From a virus: a stretch of DNA of 64,000 bases. Position 1 is the stretch's first letter, and each line of letters opens with the position of its first letter. The notes beneath the pieces are model-generated. The model had not been told where the DNA came from. It ran no database searches and saw nothing but the letters and a program-made list of their open reading frames with translations. This document shows, piece by piece, positions 18,511-26,158 of the stretch. The DNA lies in the IMG/VR virus record IMGVR_UViG_3300036761_003567, positions 1 through 64,000 of that record; one strand, given 5' to 3'. Position numbers and translations under genes: made by a program.

Positions 18511-18687
18511 TTAACCCTTCTTCGGAGTGCTAATCTTCTGGTCGATGTTGGCCTGCTGGTTGCGCTTCTGGATCTCGAAGGCATCCTTGATCGTCATCTG
18601 GAAATAGGGGTTCCCGCCACCGTGGGCGCCCTTCGCAGAAGACGACTGGGTCGTACCTTCGGGCTTGATCGGCTTGACGTTTGCCAT
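18511..18687 (-). CDS. Small hypothetical protein (58 aa), missed by the ORF track
   Basis: MANVKPIKPEGTTQSSSAKGAHGGGNPYFQMTIKDAFEIQKRNQQANIDQKISTPKKG; GGGAGG RBS; upstream GCAAATATAG. Confidence 0.8.
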   Translation of the reverse strand: MANVKPIKPEGTTQSSSAKGAHGGGNPYFQMTIKDAFEIQKRNQQANIDQKISTPKKG

Positions 18688-18710
18688 TGTTTTCCTCCCG
18701 CCTATATTTG

Positions 18711-19709
18711 CTAGAGGTGGGACGCAGTTTCGAGGATGGTATCCACCGCGGTCTTTTGATCTAATCTGGAAAAGAATTGCAAGAAAGGGAAAGGGTTGTA
18801 CGTCGAACAGAATACGTATCGGCTTCTTTCCATTTCATTCAGATGTTTTGCGGCATACATGTAGCTGTCAGCTTCCTTTTCGAAGCGCGCCTTGCGGTTC
18901 CTATCGTCGACGTCCGGATTTGCTCCCCAGGGGTAGAGCTTCCCGTTGACGGCAGTCATATCGCAGCCGAAGATGTAGACCTTCGCGAAGTCCATGAAGT
19001 AAGCAATCTGCATTGCCGAATAGACGCTCGACCGACCGATATAGAAGCCCGCCTGGAGGTCCTTTGAGAAGCCTATGCCGGCGATGTGGCGTGCGATAAC
19101 CTGTCCCGGCCTCCTGTCGCGGACCGATCCGGAGTTGATGGGCGTACCAGTGAACGAGTTCCAGAGCTCTCGGTGCCTATCCAGTTGATTCTGGTCCACG
19201 AAGCACCAGTATTTCGTCGGCCAGATCCGCTTGTCTGGCTTATTAATGCTCATCAAGTCGATCCTGCTGTTGCCCTTCAGCCTCTCTAACGGTGCCTCCG
19301 TGTGTGATGGGCCATTGCCCACGATGACAAGGATCCGACCGTGGCCTATTCCCTTGAGCGCTGCGATGACCGGCCTGTAAGTCTGGAACATGTGGTCGCG
19401 GTCGCGTGCAACTTGAGAAAGTGCGCTGGACCGGCGAGCCACGTTGATGACGCTAGTCCTGAAGTTAGGCGGCGGCCGCGTCTGAAAATGGTGAGGAGGC
19501 GGGATGATGCCCATCCTCGGGCGCTGGAGCGTGGGAACCGCAGTACGACGAAACGAGACGGTCTGATTTACCGTCGGCGGCCTTGGGGCAGGAGGCGTCG
19601 GGAGGGCCAGAGCGAACGGGACCGGACGCTGAACGATGATTACAGCACCGGACCGTCTTACGGCTGGACGCGAAATGCGATATTGAATGACACTAGGTGC
19701 CTTAGGCAT
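18711..19709 (-). CDS. Maf/DUF115 (MptE-like or sialyltransferase-like) domain protein with Pro/Arg-rich N-terminus
   Basis: IVGNGPS, SIN, SSVYSAMQIAYFM.F..VYIFGCDM. Confidence 0.65.
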   Translation of the reverse strand: MPKAPSVIQYRISRPAVRRSGAVIIVQRPVPFALALPTPPAPRPPTVNQTVSFRRTAVPTLQRPRMGIIPPPHHFQTRPPPNFRTSVINVARRSSALSQVARDRDHMFQTYRPVIAALKGIGHGRILVIVGNGPSHTEAPLERLKGNSRIDLMSINKPDKRIWPTKYWCFVDQNQLDRHRELWNSFTGTPINSGSVRDRRPGQVIARHIAGIGFSKDLQAGFYIGRSSVYSAMQIAYFMDFAKVYIFGCDMTAVNGKLYPWGANPDVDDRNRKARFEKEADSYMYAAKHLNEMERSRYVFCSTYNPFPFLQFFSRLDQKTAVDTILETASHL

Positions 19710-19941
19710 GCTTTACGGTGCCGAGGCTCAGAACGTCCCCCGCAATCTTAGAGAGCGCTCCCGCCAGCCTCGAGGACTTCACGTCAGACGCCCGCGCGAC
19801 ATAAACCTTAAGTCCGCCTTCCTTGACGGTGATCATGAAGCTCTCTTCGGCGTTCTTTGCGATGGTGTTGAAGAGGTCCTCCTCCGTCGCGGGCGGAGCA
19901 AGACGCGCAAGAGCTTCTGTTATGGCCTTCTTAACGCTCAT
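19702..19941 (-). CDS. Hypothetical protein
   Basis: Start revised to MSVKK; overlaps both neighbours. Confidence 0.65.
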   Translation of the reverse strand: MSVKKAITEALARLAPPATEEDLFNTIAKNAEESFMITVKEGGLKVYVARASDVKSSRLAGALSKIAGDVLSLGTVKHA

Positions 19942-20395
19942 TATTTGACTTTTGATCAGGGTAATACTTGACAAGAGGCGTTCGGCATGTTAAAATGCGC
20001 CCAGTTTGAGGTTCGTTGAAGTGAGACAGGTTTTCGAAGGCTCGCCGGCCGTATTTCACAATCTTGCTGTTCTTGCGCTTTTCCGTTGTCTTGTGCGTAT
20101 AAAGGCAGCGGAACACGGCAGTCGTCAGCAAGTTGAAAACCGGCGCGCGTCCTGGGGTGAAAGTGAGAGTGCCCGCCCTGATCTTTCCCATCGTGTGGGC
20201 GAAGGCATGGTGAGCGAGCTCATCCAACTCATCTTCTGACTGCGGGTGAAATTGTGTTGCGACTCCTCGACAGATCTTATACACGTCATCTGACAGTGTC
20301 TTCCATGCCCGTCGGCTGTTCGTCCTATGGTAGGGATGCGTCAGCAGACACTGACTCCAATTCGCTTCCAGCATCTTCGTGTCTACGTAAGCCAT
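19931..20395 (-). CDS. Late-transcription sigma factor (T4 gp55-like)
   Basis: MAYVDTKML..., YKIC..VA..F, DEL...A, FTPGRAPVFNLLTTAVF..L....EKRK resembles the gp55 region-2 pattern; no region 4. Start revised to ATG 20395. Confidence 0.6.
   Translation of the reverse strand: MAYVDTKMLEANWSQCLLTHPYHRTNSRRAWKTLSDDVYKICRGVATQFHPQSEDELDELAHHAFAHTMGKIRAGTLTFTPGRAPVFNLLTTAVFRCLYTHKTTEKRKNSKIVKYGRRAFENLSHFNEPQTGRILTCRTPLVKYYPDQKSNNER
19968..19996 (+). promoter_or_regulatory. Near-consensus sigma70 promoter, antisense to the gp55-like gene
   Basis: TTGACA-17 nt-TAAAAT with extended -10 TG at 19988-19989. Confidence 0.75.
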
Positions 20396-20479
20396 GCTAT
20401 TGTCCTCAGGACTGAAATACCTAAAGCAACACAAAAGTTTCCTGTTTTATAGAGGTGGGGAAGAGGAGGAGGAGAGGGT

Positions 20480-21487
20480 ATGCAGCTAGCCCGTCTTTTT
20501 CTGCGCGGCTCTCTATGCAACAAGACGATGCGGGGTCTCTCGCGTACGCAGCAGCAGAATGTCCAGGGCATCGTAAACATGATCCTGTCGGATCCTGCCC
20601 TCACGCCGGCAAGACAGTCCTTCCTCCGCGCCCTTGGCAACACGATAGGGAACGAGTACAAGGACCCTTCGTTTGCCGACGAGGAGGCGATTATCGCAAT
20701 CTGGCGGGCCGTCGTCTCGGCGCTCTACCACAAGCCGATTCCGGGCGTGATAGAGAATGGGAAGCAGCGAAAGAAGTTCTTCCAGGAGTGGATCTTCAAC
20801 GCGCTCCGGCAGATCCTCAATGAGAACAAGATCCCACAGATCCGGACGACCAACACCGTCTGTGGCCTCAATACGAAAGTCGGAGCTCAGGTTCTCAGCG
20901 GGTTCCTCATGGACAGGAGCGTGCCGGTCACCTGCGTCCTGGCCCGGTCGGACAAGCATGTCGAAATCACGGCCGAAGTCCTTCGGCTCTCACTCAACGA
21001 GCTCCAAAGCCTCTGGCGCATTGAAAAGGTCCTGCGCAATAACGGCGTCAAGGTCGTCTATGACGACAAGCATTACAACGTCGTGCATATCAAGGCCGAC
21101 AAGGCCGAGGTCGTCGAAATGCAGATCCCGGCCGCGATCAATATCAAGCTCGTGAGCTTCGAGTCGAAGAAGGCTAATGAGGAAGACGACCGCCTTCGCT
21201 ACACGCTCGAGTACAAGATGGCGTCCGAGACGAGCGCCGCCGACCAGAGAAGGGTCGAATTCAACGACTTCGTCGAGCACCTCAAGGGTACGCTTCCTTC
21301 GGATGCCAAGGAAGTCCTTAAGATCATCGTGAAGCCGCCCCAGGTTTATGTCCGGAAGCACGGCGACGACGTCCGACAGAAGACCGTTGCCAATTTCCTG
21401 CGGAAGACGCCCAAGGAGATGGCCCGGATCTTCGACCTCATCCGGCTGCAGTGCTTGGGGGCGGGCTACACGATCGACAAGACATGA
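20480..21487 (+). CDS. Putative sigma70-family factor (region 2 plus region 4 HTH)
   Basis: EEAIIAIWRAV...KKFFQEWIFNALRQIL (region 2-like); LPSDAKEVL...QKTVANFL.KT.KE...I (region 4-like); strong GGAGG RBS. Confidence 0.5.
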   Translation: MQLARLFLRGSLCNKTMRGLSRTQQQNVQGIVNMILSDPALTPARQSFLRALGNTIGNEYKDPSFADEEAIIAIWRAVVSALYHKPIPGVIENGKQRKKFFQEWIFNALRQILNENKIPQIRTTNTVCGLNTKVGAQVLSGFLMDRSVPVTCVLARSDKHVEITAEVLRLSLNELQSLWRIEKVLRNNGVKVVYDDKHYNVVHIKADKAEVVEMQIPAAINIKLVSFESKKANEEDDRLRYTLEYKMASETSAADQRRVEFNDFVEHLKGTLPSDAKEVLKIIVKPPQVYVRKHGDDVRQKTVANFLRKTPKEMARIFDLIRLQCLGAGYTIDKT

Positions 21488-21675
21488 AGACCGTCGGCAT
21501 ATACCGCTGGTCCGGTGATCCTTTCGAATTCGTAGAGATCCTATGTCATTGTGTCAAGAAATTCCTACGGAGGCTCACGCCAAGAAATCGCGTCTGGACA
21601 AAAGAGGATAAATACTGGGATGAGAGATCTTCGGGATGCGAAAGGTGGCAGTTGCCTTTTGAGTGGGACGATTAG
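21484..21675 (+). CDS. Small hypothetical protein
   Basis: ATGA overlap with the upstream stop. Confidence 0.45.
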   Translation: MKTVGIYRWSGDPFEFVEILCHCVKKFLRRLTPRNRVWTKEDKYWDERSSGCERWQLPFEWDD

Positions 21676-22178
21676 AGGACAGGTCTACGCTTCTCGTAAT
21701 AGCTGCCACCAGACGAACCGGTCCGCGGTCTCTGCATCGGCACCATGGGGATGACCGACGTAGAGACATTTACCGTCTCGTTTTCGTCCTCGAAGACGCT
21801 CAATAGGAACCGGATCACCTTCCTCGGGGTCGCGTTCAGTTCCAGGATGCTACCAGCGGGAGCCGTCGTCTGCTTCAGCTCCATCAGGTTCTTGTGCATC
21901 GTCTTACCCAGGAACATTCGCTTCGTCCCCAGGGCGAACATGTTCCAGCCCAGCTTCACGATGCCCACCTTCGGATCGATGTTTTCGACGTAGGGAATAA
22001 CTTCGATCTTCTCCGCGAGCGCCGGGATCTGCTTGGGAATGTCCTGGAGGGTAGGCGGGTAGACGTGAATGTCGAAGTTGCTCTTAAAGCCTCTCTCCAC
22101 GAAATACTTCACCAGCGACCGCATGACGAATTCGCGGCTAAGATTCTGGCGGATCTTTTCGATCATATCGGAGCGCAT
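21672..22178 (-). CDS. Hypothetical protein
   Basis: Phage-like codon usage; GCAAAAGTAG motif just upstream. Confidence 0.75.
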   Translation of the reverse strand: MRSDMIEKIRQNLSREFVMRSLVKYFVERGFKSNFDIHVYPPTLQDIPKQIPALAEKIEVIPYVENIDPKVGIVKLGWNMFALGTKRMFLGKTMHKNLMELKQTTAPAGSILELNATPRKVIRFLLSVFEDENETVNVSTSVIPMVPMQRPRTGSSGGSYYEKRRPVL

Positions 22179-22196
22179 AAACTACTTTTGCGCTCA

Positions 22197-23990
22197 TTAG
22201 CGGGCCTCCACGATCTTCGAGAACCCGCCTTCCTTGATGACCTTGATCTTGGAGGGGAAGGCATCCCTCATCTCGTCCTTGTGGGAGATGACGAAGACGG
22301 CATCCGGCCGGTTCTGGTTGCCCTTCTTGACGAAGTCCTTCTCGATGACGTCCACGAAGGCCTGGACGCCGACGGTGTCCAGCCGGCCGTCGACTTCGTC
22401 CAGTACCATGACGTTGCACTGGATGCCGTAGATCGCCACATAGAGGTCATAGAGGGCGAACATGACCGCGAGGTCGATCCGCTTTCTCTCGCCTCCGGAG
22501 CAGTAGTCATAGTCCCATTTGCTGGTCGAGTCCTGGAGCGTCGGAGTGAATTTCAGGTCGAACTCGCAGCCGAAGGCCTTCAGATAGTATCCGACGCGCT
22601 CGTTGAGGAACGGGACCAGGTCGCCCAACATGAAGCTCTTGAGCTTCTTCTTGTCGTTATAGGCGTTGAAGATGTACTGGAGATGACGCAGGAGGATGTT
22701 GTATTTCTTGACCTGGTCTGTCTGATCCTGGACGGTGGTCTCGCCGAGGCGGATGCTCGCCTCGCCGCGCTTGATCATGTCCCCGTAAGGATTCTGTTCC
22801 GTCTGGATGCGCTTGATCTCCCCGCCGACTCCCTCAATCTGCTGTCGGATGCGCTCGATCTCCCGGCAGACGGCCTCCGCCTCCGCCACGGTCTGCTTTG
22901 GACCGGCACTTTCAACCTTCTTCCGGGTTATTTCGATGAGGCCATCTATGCGAGCGACTTCCTTCTGGAGAGCGTCTATCTGGCCCTGCAGCTCTTGCTT
23001 CTTGCCAGAGAACGGCTCGCAGACGCTGGCGACGTGATCCTTGCCAATAGCTTGCTTACAGCTTGGACACGTCGTGCCAGCTTTGGCCTTCCAGGCAGAC
23101 TCCTCTCCAGCGATCCTGCTTATGTCCCTGCCGAGGCTGAATACGAGGGCAGCCTTCTTCCGCTTCTCTGTTTCGTATTCGCTTAGCTTGTCCTGGATCT
23201 TCTCGATGACGGCCCACTGCCGCTTAAGCTCGATGACGTCGGGCGCCTGCTTATTCAGGAGTTCCGACTGGAGGGCCTTCTTGCGAGCCTCGGCCTGCGA
23301 GACACGCGAAGCGCAATCCTGTTCCCACTTAGCTTGATCCGCTCGTCTGGCCTTTATCTCCTCTTGCAAGCGAACAAGCTCTTGCTGCTGGGAGTCCAAA
23401 GCCACGGAAAATCTGGCCTGCTCTATCTCGCAGGCAGAAATCTTCTCCTTGGCGACCTCGGCCCAGACGTTGATACGATGGAGGTTGAAGACGCGCTCGA
23501 GGATGGCTCGGCGCTTCGCATCCGTCAGCTCCAGGAAGGACTTCCCGAGCTGCCCGAAGAAGACGCAGCTGGTGAAGATCTCGAAATCCAGACCGAAGAG
23601 CTTGATGACATACTTCTGGGTATTTTCCGTAGTGGACTGCGTGATGTCCGCGCCATCCTTGGCGATGGATAGCTCGGCGACTCCCTTCGACTTCCGGGTC
23701 CTCGTGATGACATATCCGTCCACCGTCTCTATTTGGACGAAGCAGTCCTTCCCGGTGAACCAGTTGATGACTCCGTCGCCAGGACGATCCTTGTTGATGG
23801 TACGCCCGAAGAGACACCACAGGATGGCCGCGGCCAGGGAGGACTTACCCGCCCCGTTGGAGCTTCCTTCCTCGTCGCCCAGCTTCTCGCCGACGATAAG
23901 GGTCGGTCCGAGATCAGCCACTTCAATGCGGCTGATCTCGTCTCCGTAGGATAGGAAGTTTTTGAGCTCGACGCTCTTGATACGGATCAT
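22197..23990 (-). CDS. SbcC/Rad50/gp46-like ATPase
   Basis: KNFLSYG, Walker A NGAGKS, CPSC zinc hook, SGGE signature, Walker B VLDE, ISH. Confidence 0.95.
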   Translation of the reverse strand: MIRIKSVELKNFLSYGDEISRIEVADLGPTLIVGEKLGDEEGSSNGAGKSSLAAAILWCLFGRTINKDRPGDGVINWFTGKDCFVQIETVDGYVITRTRKSKGVAELSIAKDGADITQSTTENTQKYVIKLFGLDFEIFTSCVFFGQLGKSFLELTDAKRRAILERVFNLHRINVWAEVAKEKISACEIEQARFSVALDSQQQELVRLQEEIKARRADQAKWEQDCASRVSQAEARKKALQSELLNKQAPDVIELKRQWAVIEKIQDKLSEYETEKRKKAALVFSLGRDISRIAGEESAWKAKAGTTCPSCKQAIGKDHVASVCEPFSGKKQELQGQIDALQKEVARIDGLIEITRKKVESAGPKQTVAEAEAVCREIERIRQQIEGVGGEIKRIQTEQNPYGDMIKRGEASIRLGETTVQDQTDQVKKYNILLRHLQYIFNAYNDKKKLKSFMLGDLVPFLNERVGYYLKAFGCEFDLKFTPTLQDSTSKWDYDYCSGGERKRIDLAVMFALYDLYVAIYGIQCNVMVLDEVDGRLDTVGVQAFVDVIEKDFVKKGNQNRPDAVFVISHKDEMRDAFPSKIKVIKEGGFSKIVEAR

Positions 23991-24856
23991 GTGGTTGGGA
24001 AGTCAAATTCCTGTCCACGCGTGACGAAACCCAGGAAGCCATCGGCCTTCGGATCCTGCGTCGGCTTCGGCTGATAGTGGTACAGCCACATCTTCTTCTT
24101 GATGTCAGAGTGGAGCGTCTTGAGGTCATCGTAATGAGCGTGGACCTTGGAGTAGTAAGGCGCCGTCTCCGTGTCGTGGAAGATGAGGTCAGCAGACTGG
24201 TAGAACTTCGTGATCTGGTTCGGGCAGAACTGCGTGTCCGTCGTGAAGAAGATCCGTGGACCGAACACCGCGTATTCAGCCCCACGAAGCTCTTTCAACG
24301 AAGAAATACTAGGAATGTTATTCTGGTCGACAATACAGCCGGTCGCCATTCTGTGCTTGCATTGCTGAATCATGAGTCCATAGCTGTGTGTGATCTTGAA
24401 GCCACTCATGATGTGGACTGTCTGGACCGGCGTGAACAAGATGCCTTCCCATACGAAACTGCTATTGATCGGTACCGGGTGGCATTCGAAGTAATCGGTG
24501 ATGTTCATCACCTTCTCTTCGAGGCTCTCGAGCCCACCGCACAGGCTGTGTTCCCAGAGCTCCTTCATGAGCTCCGGGACGCAGAAGAGAAGAGGCCGTG
24601 GATCGCCCGGCTTCTTGGTGAAGTAGCGGACGAACGCCAGATATTCCATCCCGCCGATGTGGTCTGCGTGGAGGTGCGAGATATAAGCGGCATCGATGTT
24701 TCGCGCGTCCAGACCCAGCTTGCCCAGAGCGAACCGAATGTCGCTCCCGCAGTCGATGAGCAGCCTCTTACCCGAGGCAGCCTGCACGATCGCGTTGGAC
24801 TGGAAGTACTCTTCCGTCGTAAACGCGCTACCGCATCCCGCAAAGGTGAGTTTCAT
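23987..24856 (-). CDS. MBL-fold cyclic-nucleotide phosphodiesterase, Apyc1-like
   Basis: GCGSAF, LLIDCG, HLHADH.GG.E, LWEHSL.GG, DYF, TVH, DTQF, IFHD, VHA, HY. Start revised to MKLTFAG. Confidence 0.75.
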   Translation of the reverse strand: MKLTFAGCGSAFTTEEYFQSNAIVQAASGKRLLIDCGSDIRFALGKLGLDARNIDAAYISHLHADHIGGMEYLAFVRYFTKKPGDPRPLLFCVPELMKELWEHSLCGGLESLEEKVMNITDYFECHPVPINSSFVWEGILFTPVQTVHIMSGFKITHSYGLMIQQCKHRMATGCIVDQNNIPSISSLKELRGAEYAVFGPRIFFTTDTQFCPNQITKFYQSADLIFHDTETAPYYSKVHAHYDDLKTLHSDIKKKMWLYHYQPKPTQDPKADGFLGFVTRGQEFDFPTT

Positions 24857-24857
24857 G

Positions 24858-25925
24858 TTAGTCCTCGCTGATTTGGACGCTGATCCGTTCCTCTGCCTCT
24901 GCGATGATCTGCGCATTCAACTTGGCCAGGATCTTGTAGTTCAAGCCTTCCGGCTTCTCCTTCTCCAACCATCTCTCTAGGAGCTTCTCGGGGGTCTTCA
25001 TGTCCACTTCACTCTTGCGGGCGGCCTCGATCTCGACATCCTTCTCTTTCGGTCTGATCCAGCTGACACCAAGAGCCCCACGCTCCCGGGCCATCTTGTC
25101 CAGCTTGGACAGGTCTTCCTTGGTATAGTCCTTCGTGAGGATCAGCCTAACGTTGTTCCCCTTGAAGAACTCGGGAGGCTTCTTGTCGGCATCGGCATCC
25201 AAGACCGTGAGATAAAGGGGCGGCGGCTCGCCTTCCGCACCGATGGACCGGATGTTGATGAACTCCCACTTCATCTTGTCCGTGTCGCAGACGATGAAGC
25301 CGTGCGGGACGAGCCCCTCATCGAACCTGAACGCGACCGGGCTTCCGGGATAGGTGATGTTCCCGACCGTCTGATGGCAGTGAAAGTGGCCCGCAAAGGC
25401 GAGGTTGAATTTCGTCTTATCGAAGTTCACGAAGGACCAGTTCTTTAGCAGGAAGCATTCGTTCAGCTTCGCGCCGCAGACGCCGATGTGCGTCAGGAGG
25501 ATGTCGTCCGACTTGATCTTCTTCTCGACAGCGGCGAGCTCCTTCATGTACTGCTGCTCGTCGTAGATGAAGGGGATGATCCAATACTTGCCGCCGACTT
25601 TCTTGATGGATGGCTCAATGGTAACGAGGGATGAGAGCGATCTTAACGAATGAATGTCCCAGGAATTCTTCAAGAACATGTCGTGATTGCCAGGGAAGGC
25701 AAGCCATGACAACTGCTGGCTCTCTTCTTCCTCGAAGAATGCGTGAACGGCGTTGAGGACCTCAATGTTGAGATTGACACGGTCGTGAAAAAGATCCCCA
25801 AGGATAAGGACGTTCTTGATTCCCATCCGAATGGCGTAATGGCGAATAGCCCGCGCCGCCCAGAGCGTATAGCTCAGCTTCCGGGGGACTCCCGCGTGCC
25901 AATCCGCCGTTATGATGACCTTCAT
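24858..25925 (-). CDS. SbcD/Mre11/gp47-like nuclease
   Basis: ADWH, LGDLFH, GNHD, GHFH, YPGSP metallophosphoesterase motifs. Confidence 0.95.
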   Translation of the reverse strand: MKVIITADWHAGVPRKLSYTLWAARAIRHYAIRMGIKNVLILGDLFHDRVNLNIEVLNAVHAFFEEEESQQLSWLAFPGNHDMFLKNSWDIHSLRSLSSLVTIEPSIKKVGGKYWIIPFIYDEQQYMKELAAVEKKIKSDDILLTHIGVCGAKLNECFLLKNWSFVNFDKTKFNLAFAGHFHCHQTVGNITYPGSPVAFRFDEGLVPHGFIVCDTDKMKWEFINIRSIGAEGEPPPLYLTVLDADADKKPPEFFKGNNVRLILTKDYTKEDLSKLDKMARERGALGVSWIRPKEKDVEIEAARKSEVDMKTPEKLLERWLEKEKPEGLNYKILAKLNAQIIAEAEERISVQISED

Positions 25926-26095
25926 TTCTTCTGCTTCTTGTCCTCTTTCTTGCCATACTCCGCCTCAACGGCTTCCTCGGCGCCCCTGAGGATCTCGACA
26001 GACTTGGCAATGGCCTGGTCGATGGACCCCTCGCCATTGGCGCTGATGATCGCCGCCATCTTGGCCACCATCTTCACGGCTTCCTGCTTGTCCAT
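25922..26095 (-). CDS. Small hypothetical protein
   Basis: Coupled to the gp47-like gene; GTATTTTA motif upstream. Confidence 0.65.
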   Translation of the reverse strand: MDKQEAVKMVAKMAAIISANGEGSIDQAIAKSVEILRGAEEAVEAEYGKKEDKKQKK

Positions 26096-26158
26096 GTGGA
26101 TCATATTCAGCCTCCTGGACCCGTTCCACTAAAATACGCCACGTATTTCACTTTTCAC

